Shown here: positions 61,301 to 64,000 of the stretch, piece after piece
How the letters are laid out: each line of letters opens with the position of its first letter
Position numbering within the stretch: the stretch's first letter is position 1
Assembly (NCBI GenBank): GCA_963695095.1
Contig: CAVOFT010000001.1
Span: 2,976,001 to 3,040,000, forward strand
DNA length: 64,000 bases
Direction: 5' to 3'
Source of the DNA: an uncultured bacterium
GTDB lineage: Bacteria; Krumholzibacteriota; Krumholzibacteriia; JACNKJ01
Notes under the pieces: model-generated
Databases searched by the model: none
Told to the model about the DNA's origin: nothing
Seen by the model: the letters and a program-made list of their open reading frames with translations, nothing else
Program-made: the position numbers and the translations under genes

Positions 61301-64000
61301 TCCGCCCAGAGCTCGAGATTGCCCAGCTCGTCGCCGCCGGCCGACCCGTCCATGTCGCGCACGGTGAGGTGCTGCAGGGCGTCCGCCGCATAGCCGTTCG
61401 CGGGCAGATGGAAATCCAGGGCCAGCACGGGACCCTCGCCGGGACCCACCGTGGCCACCGGGGCACCGTGATTCGTGAGCTGGGCGGCCACCATGCCGTC
61501 GACGAGGATCGCGCCCTCGCCGCCGAGGGGATACAGGGCCGCCGCCGAGGTGGCGTCGGCGAAGCCGAGCGCCTCGGCCGCCTCGACCATGGCGCCGAGG
61601 CGATCGCCGTCGGCGGCACGGGTGAGCGAGAGGTCGGCGGTCACGAGCAGGCGGCCCAGGCTCTCCGCCGGCAGGGTCCAGGTGAAGCCCGTCAGGCTCG
61701 CTTCTCTGCCCGTGAGGCCGGCCATGGCCAGGGGTGGCCCGCCGTCGGGCAGGCCATCGCCGTTGCTGTCCTCCCAGAGCGCCACGCGCTCGAGGCCCTC
61801 GGCCAGCTCGGCGGGCGTGCCGCTGCCGCTGCCGGCGGCGACGAGGTCGAGGCGCACCAGGGTCTTGGCGACGGCGTAGCTGTTGCTGAACTGCAGGGCG
61901 AGCAGGGGCAGGCGCTCCTGCCCGGGCGCGGCGCTCGACTCGGCCAGGGGTGAGGCCGAAACCGTGATGCGATCGTCGGCGCTGATCCACTGGGTCTGGG
62001 CCGCCGGCACGCTGCGGTCGATGGGACCATCGTTGGCGCTGGCCATGCCCAGCGCCGTATCGGTGGGATCGACCGGCAGGCCGAGGGCGACGGTGGCGCC
62101 TTCGGTGGCCAGAGGGGCGATGTCGGCAGTGACGAACAGGCGCAGGCCGCCCACGGGCACGCTCTCGCTGAGGCCGTAGCGCTCCCAGCGCGCCACGGTG
62201 CTCACCAGCTCGCCCAGGGGCGCGTCGAGCGCGGGATCGAAGAGGCCGTCGCCGTCGTCGCGCCAGAGGCGCAGGGCGGCGATGTCCAGGCCCGCCTGCG
62301 CGCTGCCCCAGTTGACCACGTTGATCTTCTGCAGGACGTCGGCGGCATAACCGTTGGCCGGCACGCGCAGGTCCATCACCAGTGCGTTCAGGGTGCCGGT
62401 CATCAGGGTGGCGTTGCCCGGAGCCCACAATCGCAGCTGCGCCGCCGCCATGCCGTCGACGGGGAAGTCGCCCGCGGGGGCGAGCGGCCAGGCCGCGCCG
62501 AGCGAGCAGGGCTGGGCGAAGCCGAGGTCCTCGGGACCGGCGAGGCGCAGATCGAGGCGGTCGCCGTCGCGCGCCGCCAGCGAGGCGCCGCCGCGCACGT
62601 GCAGGAGGAGCGTGTCGCCGGGGGCCATCGTCAGGTTCAGGCCCGTGAAGCGGGCCGCGCCGGCGCTCATCGCCGCGCTGGCCCGGGGCTCGTTGAAGTC
62701 CACGGGCTCGCCGCCCTCGGTCGCGAGCTGGGCCGTGAGCAGAAGTGCCGACCAGTCGGCATCGAGCTGGGCCGCGCTGCCGGCGCCCGTGCTCGCGTTG
62801 CGCACCGCCAGCGTATCCAGGGTCTGCGCCTCGGGAGTGGCGTTGACGAGGCGCAGCTCGAAGACGGCGACCGGGTTGCCCCCGGGGTAGAGGGACTGGC
62901 CGGCCTGCGCGGGGGCGCTCACCAGGACGCGCGGCAGCTCGGCCTCGCCGATGACGATGGCGAGGGCGGCGCTGTTGTCCTCGGGCGCCGGGTCCTCCGT
63001 CTGCGCGCCGGCCGCGGCCGAGAGCGTCAGGGTCTGGCCGGCGCCGGCGAAGCTGGCCTCGAGTTGCAGCGTGAGGGCCGCCGCGCTCTCGGCCGCCAGC
63101 TCGCCGAGAGTCCAGATGCCGGTCGCCGGCGCGAAGGCGCCCTGGCCGGCGCTGTGGCCCGTCAAGCTGAGCCCGGCGGGCAGTTCGATGAGGACGCCGG
63201 CCCCCACCGCGGGCTGGGGGCCGGCGTTCGCCAGCGTGGCGAGAAGTTCACAGGCCTCGCCCACCTCGAGCGAGTCGTCGTCGATCTCCAGGCCGAGGGT
63301 CAAGTCAGCGGCCCGGACGAGGAGGGCCGCGCTCGTCGAGTCGTTCGCGGCCGTGGGGTCGGCCTGGTCGGCGGCCGCGATCCAGGCCCGCGTGAGGAGC
63401 TGCTGGCCCGCCCAGCCGCCGGCCACCCGCGCCTCCAGCCGGAGCTGCAGGCTGTCCCCCGCGGCGAGCGTGTCCGGGCTCCAGAGGCCGGCGCCGGCAT
63501 CGTAGCCACCCAGCTCGGGGCTGGCGGACTCGAAGAGCAGGCCCGCCGGCAGGCTGTCACGGACGCTGATTCCGCTCGCCGGCTGAGAGCCCAGATTTCG
63601 CAGGACGAGGGTCAGCAGGCGCAGGTCGCCAGGGTCGGCCGCCTCGGCATCCAGGCTGAGCTCCAGCGCGAGGTCGGTGCCGCCCACCGCGATGCGGACG
63701 CCGGCCCTGTCGTTGGCGGGCTCGGGATCGGCCGGCGTCGAGGCGATGCGCTCGGCGCTGTTCTCGATCTCGCTGCCCGCCGTGCCGGGGGCCGGCGTGG
63801 CGTCGAGAACCAGGGTCGCGCTCGCTCCCGCGCTCAGGTCGCCCAGGGCCCACAGGCCGCTGGCCGGCAGGTAGATGCCCTGGCTCGGCGTGTCGCCCAG
63901 GTAGAGCAGGCCGGCCGGCAGCAGGTCGCCGATCTGCACGCCGGTGGCCGCCTGGGGACCCAGGTTGGTCACGATCAGCGTGAAGCTGAGGGGCTCGCCT
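58396..64000 (-). CDS. Very large secreted protein with DUF11 repeats, repeated beta-sandwich modules and FlgD-type CTD; 5' end outside the window
   Basis: TN.GPQ.ATGV...D.LPAGL...DP..AND DUF11 repeats; repeated PVDGM.AAQL / MASANDGP.D modules; NFPNPFAAG...WDGKNGRG..VQNGVY...RKVAVLR. Confidence 0.85.
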   Translation of the reverse strand, partial: GEPLSFTLIVTNLGPQAATGVQIGDLLPAGLLYLGDTPSQGIYLPASGLWALGDLSAGASATLVLDATPAPGTAGSEIENSAERIASTPADPEPANDRAGVRIAVGGTDLALELSLDAEAADPGDLRLLTLVLRNLGSQPASGISVRDSLPAGLLFESASPELGGYDAGAGLWSPDTLAAGDSLQLRLEARVAGGWAGQQLLTRAWIAAADQADPTAANDSTSAALLVRAADLTLGLEIDDDSLEVGEACELLATLANAGPQPAVGAGVLIELPAGLSLTGHSAGQGAFAPATGIWTLGELAAESAAALTLQLEASFAGAGQTLTLSAAAGAQTEDPAPEDNSAALAIVIGEAELPRVLVSAPAQAGQSLYPGGNPVAVFELRLVNATPEAQTLDTLAVRNASTGAGSAAQLDADWSALLLTAQLATEGGEPVDFNEPRASAAMSAGAARFTGLNLTMAPGDTLLLHVRGGASLAARDGDRLDLRLAGPEDLGFAQPCSLGAAWPLAPAGDFPVDGMAAAQLRLWAPGNATLMTGTLNALVMDLRVPANGYAADVLQKINVVNWGSAQAGLDIAALRLWRDDGDGLFDPALDAPLGELVSTVARWERYGLSESVPVGGLRLFVTADIAPLATEGATVALGLPVDPTDTALGMASANDGPIDRSVPAAQTQWISADDRITVSASPLAESSAAPGQERLPLLALQFSNSYAVAKTLVRLDLVAAGSGSGTPAELAEGLERVALWEDSNGDGLPDGGPPLAMAGLTGREASLTGFTWTLPAESLGRLLVTADLSLTRAADGDRLGAMVEAAEALGFADATSAAALYPLGGEGAILVDGMVAAQLTNHGAPVATVGPGEGPVLALDFHLPANGYAADALQHLTVRDMDGSAGGDELGNLELWADGGDGLWGAGGGDDADLGVLAWLGSSWQSAFSAIPVPEAGLRLFVGFTVSPALADSATLRLGVPVDGIVMASANDGPRDLPLVNPESQLLSTATLLSSLGITPAGSIVGQTLNVAMTLRNLSAESMSGIAPSPLVSQGAGEVGWLSGPTPATLALDPGESGLVSWTYTALAAGQVALRGSASGLGEQSGLTHLSLESVSSAHQIWVEADSLALHATASLPFVVNRGQTDVLPLHLTFSHQGGGQASDVSLESLRLRLRAPDGAGIAPAALLAGLRVKEGAQVYLARNAGAMETSGDLLDLELTQPVRVRAGEPVTLDLAVDIAAATLVPEFSLLIENAQAFGAVDATSGAPVTVALDAGSYPITAGPARVSAPAESLLVSSAPDTLRPVGQGQPAVLLETLSFENPGVMGITADLRLLAFAVAGVDSAGTAPIALGGRLSRLRLVDESGGLHGERILAPGQTGPLVLTCSPLVAIAAGAPRRLLLIGDLAQGAPLGLFRLRLEPPSSLQVHDAISGAPVPAAYAEPFLLGHPLRVESTADRLIAHALPVAPDSAGVGARDLAVLRVRLRHPGGSGDGGLRAAGCSLRFLDALRDSLVPGLHAERLRADWNGAPLAELSSLPSAGGSVYLPLGDRILAPGETAELTIRLDLEASAPAGFLELALDGPGWWSFDVNTGQPALLAAEPGEALPLLSGLIWLEEAPRDLLLGLASRLPTLLAADGQEVPCALLSFANPAAPGAGAVALAGFALAAEDRAGAALALGSAVSRLRLYRGEQLWAESAPLTPDSLSAWIGPSAPVAIEPGPPLALELRAVLSEDFSGESLRLTLAATDVALLQPENPLLAVALRPAAGQEFPLRTAVGNFSPRSLAESYSNFPNPFAAGRDETTIAYYLERPARVSLKFWTGRGELVCTLLDGALKPAGLQQDDRWDGKNGRGTAVQNGVYLAELQVTYADGDRERLLRKVAVLR

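Overview
High-GC bacterial chromosomal segment with no rRNA, tRNA, CRISPR array, integrase or transposase recognisable by eye. Several secreted proteins end in a FlgD-Ig/T9SS-like C-terminal domain (PNPFNP...WDG.D..G...SG.Y...K..LLK), and a PorV-family gene is present; this suggests an FCB-group candidate lineage such as Krumholzibacteriota, Latescibacterota or Eisenbacteria (inference). Core content: heterodimeric ABC exporter, tdh-kbl, mrp/DUF971, YyaL-like protein, cbb3 oxidase cluster (ccoI-S-NO-Q-P-G), hybrid histidine kinase and a complete SUF operon (rrf2-sufBCDSUT). Many conserved genes carry single-base frameshifts that look like long-read or metagenome consensus errors. Main observations: (1) a secreted Omp28/thioredoxin-like protein whose redox motif reads W-TGA-V-Y-C-P, a probable selenoprotein truncated by the ORF track, with a candidate SECIS; (2) a translationally coupled DUF2075 nuclease-helicase + HD phosphohydrolase + HNH operon that looks like an unnamed anti-phage system; (3) a 14-bp palindrome CGCCCCCGGGGGCG repeated 8 times, two copies bracketing a toxin-antitoxin islet (orphan AbiEi, Panacea antitoxin + MazF-like toxin); (4) an operon linking a giant DUF11 CTD protein and PorV-TPR to a PP2C/anti-sigma partner-switch module with an apparently dead paralogue; (5) an HNH gene and a decayed copy sharing an invariant internal palindrome. 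All family assignments come from motif recognition, not database searches.
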